Source: a virus
DNA length: 64,000 nt
Reading direction: 5' to 3' (one strand)
IMG/VR virus record: IMGVR_UViG_3300031519_004866
Below the pieces are notes generated by a model, which worked only from the letters and a program-made list of their open reading frames with translations, did not search any database and was not told where the DNA came from. Every line of letters begins with the position of its first letter. The first letter of the stretch is position 1. The translations under genes were made by a program, and so were the position numbers. This document shows positions 30,052 through 38,121 of this stretch, in pieces.

Positions 30052-30514
30052 TTGATAGTACCTGTTTCATTTCTAAATCAGTCTTAAATGGCCCTTTATA
30101 CGCATATCGTTGCAGTGTAATGAGCTTAGGACAGAATGATTTAACCCATCCTTTATCGAATTTAATTACATAATAGCCTGCACAGTACAAACTCTTTGAG
30201 TCTTTACTTTTTGTAAACAGTGGCAAACGTTTCTGTATATCATACATTGAGTTATGCGGTGAAGTGCTACACTTATACCCTTGTACTTCGTTAGGTAAAG
30301 CATCTGTAGCTTCTTTTATAATCTTAGCAACAAAAAAGTCTTTTCCGTACTCTTTTACAATGCTTGATTTACTATTATAGAACTTAACACCGTGTTCGTT
30401 ACTAAAAACAAACTTGTCTTCGTTCTTTCTAAGTGTTCCTACTTTTTGTCCTGCATTTTCTACAATCCAAAACTTTCCATCTAAAATGGGTTTTGCTTTT
30501 AGGTCTAGTGTCAT
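30038..30514 (-). CDS. Hypothetical protein
   Basis: 158 aa, ATGA-coupled to rnh. Confidence 0.75.
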   Translation of the reverse strand: MTLDLKAKPILDGKFWIVENAGQKVGTLRKNEDKFVFSNEHGVKFYNSKSSIVKEYGKDFFVAKIIKEATDALPNEVQGYKCSTSPHNSMYDIQKRLPLFTKSKDSKSLYCAGYYVIKFDKGWVKSFCPKLITLQRYAYKGPFKTDLEMKQVLSNVNK

Positions 30515-31500
30515 ACTGTGTTATACCTCGCATTTAATGGCTCAGCATATGCCTGCGCCTGATCTGTAATTCTTTTTAAGTCATATAAATGACAGAACTT
30601 CATTAGCCTAATACCAACTTGACTAACGTCCTTGTTAGCAACCATTGCTTCTTCAATTACATCATTAATAATAGTTCTAATGTTACTAGGTTGCATTGAT
30701 AAATCAATTAGTACACGGTTACGTTCGTAATCGTCTAGTACACGATGTTCTGCACCGTTATGATCTACCCAACGTTGCAACATCAAGTTATTCCAGTTGT
30801 AACCTTTTGTAGTCTTATCTTCAAACGCTTCAGTTAAACCAACTTTGTTCTTAGTGCCTTTCTTACGTACACCAGGGTAAGCACTAAACACATTATCACT
30901 TGTGTCACCACGCATACACTTTTCAAACAATAACCATTGAGGATCTGGAATAGCTTTAGGCAGCTTAGTTTTATTATCAATAACAAACTTGCCTTTCTTA
31001 TCAAAGAAGCCTTCATGTGTAGTTGTTACTTCTTGTACACCATTATACAGTTTACAGTTAGGTGCAACTAGTTGCTGAAAGTCTGTATCTGTACTAATAA
31101 TAACATGATCAACATCAGGATGTGCTTGTACCCAACCTGCAATAAGATCATCTGCTTCTAGCTGTTTGTGTTGCATAACAGTACAGTTAGTCTTATCTGT
31201 AACAAAGTCTTTAAATGTATCAAACGCTTCCCAAAAGATCTTTTCTTCTTCTTGCTGTTGTTCGTTATGTGCTGCACGAGCATCACTTCTATTACGTTTG
31301 TAAGGCTCGTAATAGTCTTTGCGCCAACTACGACCTTCTAAGCAGAATATAACATGAGTGCCATCGAAGTCTTGCCATGCTTTCTTAATACTGTTAAGTG
31401 TAATATGAAAAGCCATACCTAACTTAATGTCTGCACTACCATTAATAACGTGTCTTGCACGGAAAAATGTATTTGCTGTATCTACTATAATATGTGTCAT
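30511..31500 (-). CDS. rnh: T4-type RNase H / 5'-3' flap exonuclease (FEN family)
   Basis: IVDTANTFFRA, WRKDYYEPYKRNR, LEADDLIA, ISTDTDFQQL, GDTSDNV. Confidence 0.9.
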   Translation of the reverse strand: MTHIIVDTANTFFRARHVINGSADIKLGMAFHITLNSIKKAWQDFDGTHVIFCLEGRSWRKDYYEPYKRNRSDARAAHNEQQQEEEKIFWEAFDTFKDFVTDKTNCTVMQHKQLEADDLIAGWVQAHPDVDHVIISTDTDFQQLVAPNCKLYNGVQEVTTTHEGFFDKKGKFVIDNKTKLPKAIPDPQWLLFEKCMRGDTSDNVFSAYPGVRKKGTKNKVGLTEAFEDKTTKGYNWNNLMLQRWVDHNGAEHRVLDDYERNRVLIDLSMQPSNIRTIINDVIEEAMVANKDVSQVGIRLMKFCHLYDLKRITDQAQAYAEPLNARYNTV

Positions 31501-31528
31501 TACGTTGCCTTTAATTGTTTATAGTGTT

Positions 31529-31557
31529 ATTATACGCTCTTTTACGCACAATGTCAA
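31529..31557 (-). promoter_or_regulatory. sigma70-type promoter for rnh
   Basis: TTGACA-17 nt-TATAAT, perfect consensus. Confidence 0.85.
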
Positions 31558-31934
31558 TCATTATTTCTTTTTACATTGTTAATATCAATGTTGCCAGTTT
31601 GAAGACCATCTAAAGGCCCGCCAAAGTCACCATCAACAACTACGTTAGCACATAGTTCACGAAACCATCGATCAACAATTTCTTCATGCTTGTCATTGTC
31701 AACTCCGTATCCTTCTTTGATCAAACGTTTAATAAACAGATCATTCCAGTCGAGTTCAAAGAACCCGTTCTTTACATTATCTTTATTAATGTGTGTATCA
31801 ATTACACCTACCCACGGTTGCTTCTTTTTAGTTGCTAAATCTTTAGCACTAAGCAGTTTATTCTGTTCTTCGTCTTTAGCTTTGTTAATTTCTTTAATTT
31901 TATCTAAGCCAAGTATTTTTGTTAAAAATGACAT
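31554..31934 (-). CDS. Hypothetical protein
   Basis: 126 aa with AAGGAG RBS. Confidence 0.75.
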   Translation of the reverse strand: MSFLTKILGLDKIKEINKAKDEEQNKLLSAKDLATKKKQPWVGVIDTHINKDNVKNGFFELDWNDLFIKRLIKEGYGVDNDKHEEIVDRWFRELCANVVVDGDFGGPLDGLQTGNIDINNVKRNND

Positions 31935-31943
31935 ATATTCTCC

Positions 31944-32867
31944 TTAAGTTCCAATTGCATTACCAAATAAGTATACATGTACTCTAGCAGCTACATTATA
32001 ACCTTTCTGAAATGCCATTTTTGCAACATGCCCTGCGGTTGCGGTTTGTTCTTCTTCTCTAGCACCAACGGGCATTACCCAAATAGGAAAGTCAACATCT
32101 ACTTCACGAAATTGTGCTATAGCTGCCTCCATGTCATCCCACTCACGTTGTAAACTACCAACAACAAACTTTAATTGTCCTTTGCTAGATAATTTACGAT
32201 ACTGCTCAACTACTTCGGGTCTAATTGCTTTCTTAGCAAGTTCGCCTGATGTGCTAAACAGTTTAGGTGATACACTAAAGAATAATTCAATTTCTGTTTC
32301 TTGTTGCCAGAAGTTAATAAACTCTTGTGTAAGATTTTGTGTACCGTTAGTTTCAAATGTAATACTAGCGGGTAAATTATTTTGTGCTTTAAGCTCTCGC
32401 ATAATACCTATAAACGCTTTCTGACTTTGTGGCATCATAGGTTCGCCGCCTGTAACACAGAAGTGTTGCCTCTGTTGCGATACAGGATGTAAGAATAACC
32501 CTTCCGGGTTACTCTCTGTTTTTAAGATATCAATAATCTTATGTGCTAATGCCTTAGGAGTTTCTTGCCCCATTAAGTGTTTATATCGTTTAGCCCATGT
32601 GTAACTGCTGTCACAACCTTTATCCCAAACAGGTAAGTCTTCTACTTTATCAATTTTAGATAAATCAAAAGTTTCAAACGGAAGTTCGTATGTATCAGGA
32701 TTAGTTGGATCTAATTGTCCAAACCCGTTACATTGCAAGTTACATAAAAAGAATCTAATCCAAGCAGTAGGAACACCAGTGTATTGTCCTTCACCTTGAA
32801 TACTGTGAAAAATTTCACTGTAGTAATACTTCTTAGTATCTTCGGTAGTTGCGATTGTTTCATTCAT
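31944..32867 (-). CDS. queE: 7-carboxy-7-deazaguanine synthase (QueE-like radical SAM)
   Basis: YSEIFHSIQGEG..TG.PT..IRF..CNLQC...CD, VTGGEP, FETNGT, SVSPKL. The third Cys follows a ~35-aa insertion. Confidence 0.9.
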   Translation of the reverse strand: MNETIATTEDTKKYYYSEIFHSIQGEGQYTGVPTAWIRFFLCNLQCNGFGQLDPTNPDTYELPFETFDLSKIDKVEDLPVWDKGCDSSYTWAKRYKHLMGQETPKALAHKIIDILKTESNPEGLFLHPVSQQRQHFCVTGGEPMMPQSQKAFIGIMRELKAQNNLPASITFETNGTQNLTQEFINFWQQETEIELFFSVSPKLFSTSGELAKKAIRPEVVEQYRKLSSKGQLKFVVGSLQREWDDMEAAIAQFREVDVDFPIWVMPVGAREEEQTATAGHVAKMAFQKGYNVAARVHVYLFGNAIGT

Positions 32868-32873
32868 ACTACT

Positions 32874-32903
32874 ATTATACCTTCTTTTCATCGGTGTTGT
32901 CAA
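32874..32903 (-). promoter_or_regulatory. sigma70-type promoter for queE (probably leaderless mRNA)
   Basis: TTGACA-18 nt-TATAAT, then 6 nt, then ATG 32867. Confidence 0.7.
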
Positions 32904-33063
32904 CCTTTTTCTTTATTGAAAAGGTGCCATTAAGATTGTCATCCCAAATAAGAGTATCACCAAAATCCCATCCCATTTGGCTGAGAAGATCCGGCGGAAA
33001 AGGTAAAATTACCTCTCCTGTCTCCGGGTCTTCTTCTACTTTAACTGTCCATTGCTTAGACAA
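32875..33063 (-). CDS. AbrB/MazE/SpoVT-like DNA-binding protein
   Basis: WTVKVEEDPETGEVILPFPPDLLSQMGWDFGDTLIW fits the swapped-hairpin pattern. Confidence 0.6.
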   Translation of the reverse strand: MSKQWTVKVEEDPETGEVILPFPPDLLSQMGWDFGDTLIWDDNLNGTFSIKKKVDNTDEKKV

Positions 33064-33262
33064 AATATTTGTCTAACATTTCTAGACGATCGTGTGCAGA
33101 AGCCATTTTATCTAGTTCTTTTTGGATCGTTTCGATAATATCCGAATGTTCTCCAATACCTACAACTTTCTGCATGTATACTTCTACATTTGTTTTGTGT
33201 AGTTCAATTTCAGCTTCAGCGTGTTTACGTGCTGCATTAATCATTTGCTGTCTCAATTCCAT
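33056..33262 (-). CDS. Small hypothetical protein
   Basis: MELRQQMINAARKHAEAEIE...GIGEHSDII; AAAGG RBS. Confidence 0.7.
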   Translation of the reverse strand: MELRQQMINAARKHAEAEIELHKTNVEVYMQKVVGIGEHSDIIETIQKELDKMASAHDRLEMLDKYFV

Positions 33263-33275
33263 ACCCTTTCCTTTT

Positions 33276-33650
33276 TTAGTATTGTTGTTTTGACGGAATG
33301 ACGCCTCGAACGCCGCCCTTAGGATCTTCCGTATCACCGTCTCTACGAAAGATTAAATGTACATGCGGATACATAACAGTTTGTCCTGCACTCTCACCTA
33401 CATTTAAACCAATATTGTAACCTGTGATATTAGTCTTATCACTGATTACGTTATCGTACCCCATAGTAACAGCAAAGTTAAAACATTTCATAATGCCTTC
33501 ACTGTCTGCTGTTTTAGGTACAATTAATGTGTGACCTTCAGTAACCGGATACTTGTCACGAAACACTGTAAAATCTCTAGTGTCAATTTCAATGTCATTC
33601 CAAGGAGCACGGCCTTCGCTTTTTGCTAACTCTAATGTATCAGCTTTCAT
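33276..33650 (-). CDS. HIT-family nucleotide hydrolase
   Basis: DKYPVTEGHTLIVPK, GYNIGLNVGESAGQTV, histidine triad variant PHVHLIFRR. Confidence 0.85.
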   Translation of the reverse strand: MKADTLELAKSEGRAPWNDIEIDTRDFTVFRDKYPVTEGHTLIVPKTADSEGIMKCFNFAVTMGYDNVISDKTNITGYNIGLNVGESAGQTVMYPHVHLIFRRDGDTEDPKGGVRGVIPSKQQY

Positions 33651-33873
33651 AACGACCTCGTCCAGTTTTTACTTTAAATTCTCTTGGACCCGGTGTAGTA
33701 AATTCCATACCAGCCATTCCGCCGACGTATGTTTTACCATTCCATCGCATGTGAATTTTATTTGTTGCAATATATACTTCAACAAACTCTTTAGATTTAA
33801 AATTGCCAACTTCTGCATCTACAACTTTGTCGTTGTGTGTGCATGTTACTGCGCATTGATCGTCATAACTCAT
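33640..33873 (-). CDS. Hypothetical protein
   Basis: 77 aa from ATG 33873, AGGAG RBS. Confidence 0.7.
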   Translation of the reverse strand: MSYDDQCAVTCTHNDKVVDAEVGNFKSKEFVEVYIATNKIHMRWNGKTYVGGMAGMEFTTPGPREFKVKTGRGRYES

Positions 33874-34418
33874 GTGTACTCTCCTACATTTTCCCAAGGA
33901 TAAACAAGCCAAACATCTTCTTCAAATTTGTTTATTTCGTGACATGTGTAACTAACAGGAACTGTAGCGTCACTTGCTAGATTATTAGTTAGGGTAGCAA
34001 ACCGAACGTTACTATACCAAACTTTCTCCCATCTCGGATCATCAGGCAAACAACTAGCAGGCCAGTCTTCCTTAATCCAATTGAAAGTAGCACCAGTATC
34101 GTTAATGTCGTCTACAATAAGGATTTTCTTTGCTGTAGTAGGACCACCAATATTTGGATCACTTGCGTATCCGTATGCATCTTCTGCCATCCATAAGTTG
34201 CTTTCGCTTTGACTGTTATCGTCACGTAGACTTACTTTAAGTGCTTCGCAACGTATGCCAGTCATGTTGCTAATAATAGTAGCAGGCACATTTCCGCCTC
34301 GTGTTAGACCTACAATGTAATCAGGCCGCCAACTGTCAGCGTACATCTGATTAACAATGCTTACACACATTTTTTCTACGTCAGCCCAGCTATAATAATG
34401 TTTCTTAATATCACCCAT
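33870..34418 (-). CDS. Purine (xanthine/hypoxanthine-guanine) phosphoribosyltransferase-like protein
   Basis: IVGLTRGG and PRPP-binding loop ILIVDDINDTGAT; C-terminal WLVYPWE as in Gpt. Confidence 0.85.
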   Translation of the reverse strand: MGDIKKHYYSWADVEKMCVSIVNQMYADSWRPDYIVGLTRGGNVPATIISNMTGIRCEALKVSLRDDNSQSESNLWMAEDAYGYASDPNIGGPTTAKKILIVDDINDTGATFNWIKEDWPASCLPDDPRWEKVWYSNVRFATLTNNLASDATVPVSYTCHEINKFEEDVWLVYPWENVGEYT

Positions 34419-34839
34419 GATTTAAATAATCCTCGTTGTGTATCCATTTACCATCTTTAACAAAACCCCATTCTTGAGCTTTCTTGCCCATATAAAAAAT
34501 GCTCCAGCATGGAATTTCGTTTCCGTCTGCGTCTTTAGCAAGTTCTAACCAATGCAAATCTTTTGCTGTTCTAAAACGTATACTACCAGGCCCACGCCAA
34601 AACTTACCTTCTGAAGTGTGTTCCCAATAGCCACCTTTAATAATTAATGCTCCCCAACTCCACGGATGATCGTGTAGTGTAGGTTCGTCACTTACTAGTA
34701 CTTTGTGCATAGTAATATTAAACGGAAAGTTTTTTCTGTCTTTTAAAAATAGATAGTATCTAATTAGATACGGAATTGTGTTATCTCTATCGTAGATAAT
34801 ACGCTCTCGTCCAATTAGTTTTAAAAACTTAAGAAACAT
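34411..34839 (-). CDS. Cupin-fold metalloprotein
   Basis: LHDHPW...GGYWEH...DLHWLEL gives an H-x-H...E...H metal set. Confidence 0.65.
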   Translation of the reverse strand: MFLKFLKLIGRERIIYDRDNTIPYLIRYYLFLKDRKNFPFNITMHKVLVSDEPTLHDHPWSWGALIIKGGYWEHTSEGKFWRGPGSIRFRTAKDLHWLELAKDADGNEIPCWSIFYMGKKAQEWGFVKDGKWIHNEDYLNHG

Positions 34840-35035
34840 CTGTTAGCCAATCCGTTTTAATATTTTTATATAACTCAACAACTCTGCAATTATATTCATC
34901 TTCGTTAACAGCAAGATCGTTCAGTTTTCTTTTCCACATTCCTTGAACACCTTCATCCAATTGAGGATTAGTGTCGAGTAATGTTTGAATAGATTTTGAT
35001 CTACGCAATTGTACTTGTTCGTTCCACGGTCCCAT
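34829..35035 (-). CDS. Hypothetical protein
   Basis: 68 aa with AAGGA RBS. Confidence 0.6.
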   Translation of the reverse strand: MGPWNEQVQLRRSKSIQTLLDTNPQLDEGVQGMWKRKLNDLAVNEDEYNCRVVELYKNIKTDWLTDVS

Positions 35036-35228
35036 GATTTAGATCCTTCCTGCTTAGTTTTAAACGGTTAATAGTCATTCCGTGCCTCTCAGTCATATCA
35101 ACTAACGGTATTCCTCGAAGATTGTACATAAACGCTTCAGCCGGTGTAAGTATCATACAGTCGTTAGCTGATGTTGGCGGAACAACGGAATAGACTCTTT
35201 TTTTGTGTAAATCTAATTTGTCTTGCAT
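35001..35228 (-). CDS. Hypothetical protein
   Basis: 75-aa ORF filling the operon. Confidence 0.5.
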   Translation of the reverse strand: MQDKLDLHKKRVYSVVPPTSANDCMILTPAEAFMYNLRGIPLVDMTERHGMTINRLKLSRKDLNHGTVERTSTIA

Positions 35229-35413
35229 AATGGCTTACTGGACGACCTATCGTTCCAGTCATCTTTATTTTGTGAATACTCACGAGTGTGAATTTGACGT
35301 ACTAGTAACCCGTTTATAATTTTATGGATTACTACTTCTTTCATTAGGACCCCGTCATCTAAATTCTCTTCAAGTGCTTTTGCAAATGGTCCGTCTTTAA
35401 CTTCAATTAGCAT
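35213..35413 (-). CDS. Hypothetical protein
   Basis: 66 aa from ATG 35413 (MLIEVKDG), GAGGAG upstream. Confidence 0.6.
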   Translation of the reverse strand: MLIEVKDGPFAKALEENLDDGVLMKEVVIHKIINGLLVRQIHTREYSQNKDDWNDRSSSKPLCKTN

Positions 35414-35628
35414 TAAACTATCTCCTCTAATATGCCAAGTGCCTCTGCAATTACAAAGCCTACTCCGGCGATTATAAATGGCGTACCCCAATATTCTAAG
35501 TAGTAGCCTCCGTATATCATTGACACTCCTGCCACAATGCGTACTGCACTTTTAACAAGGCTTACGTAAAAGTGTCCCATGCTTGGGTCTTTTGTTGCTG
35601 GCATAATTATTCTTTCTGGTATTGGCAT
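35413..35628 (-). CDS. Small membrane protein
   Basis: Two hydrophobic segments; AGGAGA RBS before ATG 35628. Confidence 0.65.
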   Translation of the reverse strand: MPIPERIIMPATKDPSMGHFYVSLVKSAVRIVAGVSMIYGGYYLEYWGTPFIIAGVGFVIAEALGILEEIV

Positions 35629-35636
35629 ACTATCTC

Positions 35637-36326
35637 CTATTTTCCACAAGCAAATTCTTGCTGTAGTTTAATGTTATCAAAAAATTCCTTCTTAGTGCCA
35701 GCGTCATCTTTAAACGCACCTTTTAAAACAGTTGTCTGTGTAAGACTGCTATTTGCCATAATGCCTCTGTTCTCACAACACCCGTGTGTTGCTTGGATGT
35801 AAACACCTACGTTAGTAGATCCAGTTGAACTCATAATCTCTCTAGCAATATCATTACATAGTTCTTCTTGTAATGTGCCACGTCTAGCACACCATTGTGC
35901 AATACGTGTATATTTGCTAAGTCCAATTAAAGTTTCTCCAGCAATAATTCCAATATATGCAACACCAGTTACGGGTTGATGATGATGTGAGCAAACACTT
36001 TTAAGCTCACTGCGTACAACTAGCATACCTTCGTATCCGTTATCTATGTGATTAGGAAATGCAGTTGCATTAGGCATAGGATCATATCGACCTGCCATTA
36101 ATTCATTTACATACATTTTTGCTAGGCGTTTACCAGTATCCATACTGTTAGGATCTGTATAACGATCAATTACAAGACCGTCTAATACTGCTTCGAACTT
36201 AGGTGTAAGTTCTTCAATTAATAATTGTTTGTCGCCCTCTTGCAGGACTTCACTAATGTTGTCGCCAGCCCAAAATCTAACGCCTGCGTCTTGTAGTTTT
36301 GTTTTAATTTTTTCACTTATACTCAA
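35637..36326 (-). CDS. folE: GTP cyclohydrolase I
   Basis: Zn ligands in SVCSHH and HGCCENRG; GLSKYTRI...RRGTLQE; TTG start with GGAGA RBS. Confidence 0.95.
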   Translation of the reverse strand: MSISEKIKTKLQDAGVRFWAGDNISEVLQEGDKQLLIEELTPKFEAVLDGLVIDRYTDPNSMDTGKRLAKMYVNELMAGRYDPMPNATAFPNHIDNGYEGMLVVRSELKSVCSHHHQPVTGVAYIGIIAGETLIGLSKYTRIAQWCARRGTLQEELCNDIAREIMSSTGSTNVGVYIQATHGCCENRGIMANSSLTQTTVLKGAFKDDAGTKKEFFDNIKLQQEFACGK

Positions 36327-36369
36327 TTTTATTCTCCGATGTTTAGGCAGTGGATTGCCAACTTTTATA

Positions 36370-37419
36370 TTATTTTAACACATTTAATAGATCTGAGCAA
36401 CTAAAATATTGCTCATTTAGTACTTGTACCTGTTTATTTAGGCGAGGTAAGTACTTTTTATAATTTTCCATGTAATCTATAATTTGTGCAACCACTTGTT
36501 CTTTGTGTTCTTTGTATGCAGCAAATGACGTTGTCCAATCACTAGGATATTTAAACTCGTCTAATGCCATTTCAGTATAGCTTAAACGGTCCGGAACCAT
36601 AGGAATAGTGTCTACAAGCGCACCCTCATACCAACTAATGCCAAGTGTTTCTTGCAAATTAGCACTGAATACTAGTTTAGCTTCACCTAATAAGTTGTGG
36701 TATTCGTTCTTCGATAGTTGCTTTTCTTGACAAACAACAAATTCATATTGCGGAAGTGCTTCTCTAAGATCTTCAAATATGTCAACTTGCTTCTCAGGAG
36801 CAACACGATGCGGAAACAAAATAAGATCTCGTTTCGGCATACCTTTGTACATTGTTAATGTATTTGCCATATACTCAAATGGCCAACCAGTTCTAATTGC
36901 TTTGTCCATGTCAACACTGTAGTTGTCATTAAACGCTTCTAAAAACATGTCAATGTGAAAGTTACTTGCAAAAAAGTTATGATTATAACATTCATACATT
37001 GACATTTCAGCATGTCTTACCCACGGTTTGTCTCCGATCAGTCTGCCTAAAAAATCAGCAGGGTCATAACTACCAGCATGCCATAAGCCACCAATTCGAA
37101 TGTCCACGCCCAACAGTTCAGCCATGTAGCGCAACTGAATAACAGTTGGGTTCCACGCATCCGTATATAGGAAATAATCTCCATCTTTTACTTCTCCTTT
37201 ACAAAATGCTTCAGCAATAATTTCTAACTGCTTACTTTTGTAAACATTAGTTCCACCGAAGTTGAGGAACGCCCCAGGAGTTGTTGCCTGAGGCGTATCC
37301 CCACCGTTGACTACGGTTACTGTATGGCCATGTCCTCGCAACAGATTTGGAAACTGCGTTTTCCACTGCTTAGTGTAACGTGTTTCTACTGCTTCTAAGT
37401 CAACTAGCCATATGTTCAT
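36370..37419 (-). CDS. GT-B-fold glycosyltransferase (GT4 / Glycos_transf_1-like)
   Basis: ILFPHRVAPEKQ and the E-x7-E donor motif QETLGISWYE followed by PMVPDRLSYTEM. Confidence 0.75.
   Translation of the reverse strand: MNIWLVDLEAVETRYTKQWKTQFPNLLRGHGHTVTVVNGGDTPQATTPGAFLNFGGTNVYKSKQLEIIAEAFCKGEVKDGDYFLYTDAWNPTVIQLRYMAELLGVDIRIGGLWHAGSYDPADFLGRLIGDKPWVRHAEMSMYECYNHNFFASNFHIDMFLEAFNDNYSVDMDKAIRTGWPFEYMANTLTMYKGMPKRDLILFPHRVAPEKQVDIFEDLREALPQYEFVVCQEKQLSKNEYHNLLGEAKLVFSANLQETLGISWYEGALVDTIPMVPDRLSYTEMALDEFKYPSDWTTSFAAYKEHKEQVVAQIIDYMENYKKYLPRLNKQVQVLNEQYFSCSDLLNVLK
36372..36400 (-). promoter_or_regulatory. Possible sigma70 promoter for folE
   Basis: TTGCTC-17 nt-TAAAAT; short GGCA/TGCC hairpin in the leader. 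Confidence 0.45.
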
Positions 37420-37620
37420 TTAGTTTCTCCGTTTATTAAATTTCTTTTGGAATGACTTCTTATAGCCATGGCGGTTTTCAAACGCTCTAAAAGCTCTACT
37501 TTCTCGCTTATAAAGATCACGTTCATCAAATTTAAAACCGTTGAATCGACAAAATTCTTTGTACGCTTCGAGATCCGTAAAGATCTTAACCACGTCTGGC
37601 CGATCTGCAAAATAACCCAT
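37420..37620 (-). CDS. Small basic hypothetical protein
   Basis: 66 aa with AAGGAG RBS; abuts the GT start. Confidence 0.65.
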   Translation of the reverse strand: MGYFADRPDVVKIFTDLEAYKEFCRFNGFKFDERDLYKRESRAFRAFENRHGYKKSFQKKFNKRRN

Positions 37621-37632
37621 TGTAGGTCTCCT

Positions 37633-38094
37633 TTAATACTTTGCATATTCAATATGGGCACCGTTTTCTCCGTCTTCGGAGACATCGATGTGGACTTCAC
37701 GTCCGGGGTGTTTTGTTGTGATTTGTTCATACAAATCATCTGACATCATTTCACAAGATTTATAATCTACATTAAGTTCACCTTCATACAGTTTCTCAAG
37801 CCAACGCTTGAATTGAATAAACTCAATATCTCTGTCGTTATGTGTTACAGTGATACCTACTCTAAAATGAAAGATGTGTCTGTGGGGATAACCCAAAAAA
37901 CTAACATCGTATTCATCACCTGTTGCAAGACTAGGATCATCTAGTGCCGCAGGATACTTATGGATACCTTCTTTAGTGAAAGTAACCCAAATCATTCGCT
38001 TTGCATTTTGCATAGCATTTTCTTTATCGTTTGCCATATTTTCTTCTTTCATACGTCTTAACATATAGTTGTAATAAGATTCACGTTGTTGCAT
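37633..38094 (-). CDS. T-fold QueD paralogue (DpdL-like, predicted CDG decarboxylase type)
   Basis: EGIHKYP...FLGYPHRHIFHF: QueD-like His metal ligands with Leu in place of the QueD catalytic Cys (L-x3-HRH-x-F); SCEM and SEDGENGA T-fold tail. Confidence 0.65.
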   Translation of the reverse strand: MQQRESYYNYMLRRMKEENMANDKENAMQNAKRMIWVTFTKEGIHKYPAALDDPSLATGDEYDVSFLGYPHRHIFHFRVGITVTHNDRDIEFIQFKRWLEKLYEGELNVDYKSCEMMSDDLYEQITTKHPGREVHIDVSEDGENGAHIEYAKY

Positions 38095-38121
38095 TTAGTA
38101 TAACACCTTTCTTGATTGAAG

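Noticed and set aside
33069-33293. 74-aa ORF listed in the track over the 68-aa gene
   Set aside because: Its translation is the antisense reading of 33056..33262, which has the RBS and a plausible protein.
37416-37739. 107-aa minus-strand ORF overlapping two genes
   Set aside because: It overlaps the DpdL-like gene and the 66-aa gene in another frame; the 66-aa ORF has the RBS and fits the operon.
37633-38094. Calling this gene canonical queD
   Set aside because: It lacks the catalytic Cys of the CxxxHGH motif (has LGYPHRH), so no gene symbol was assigned.
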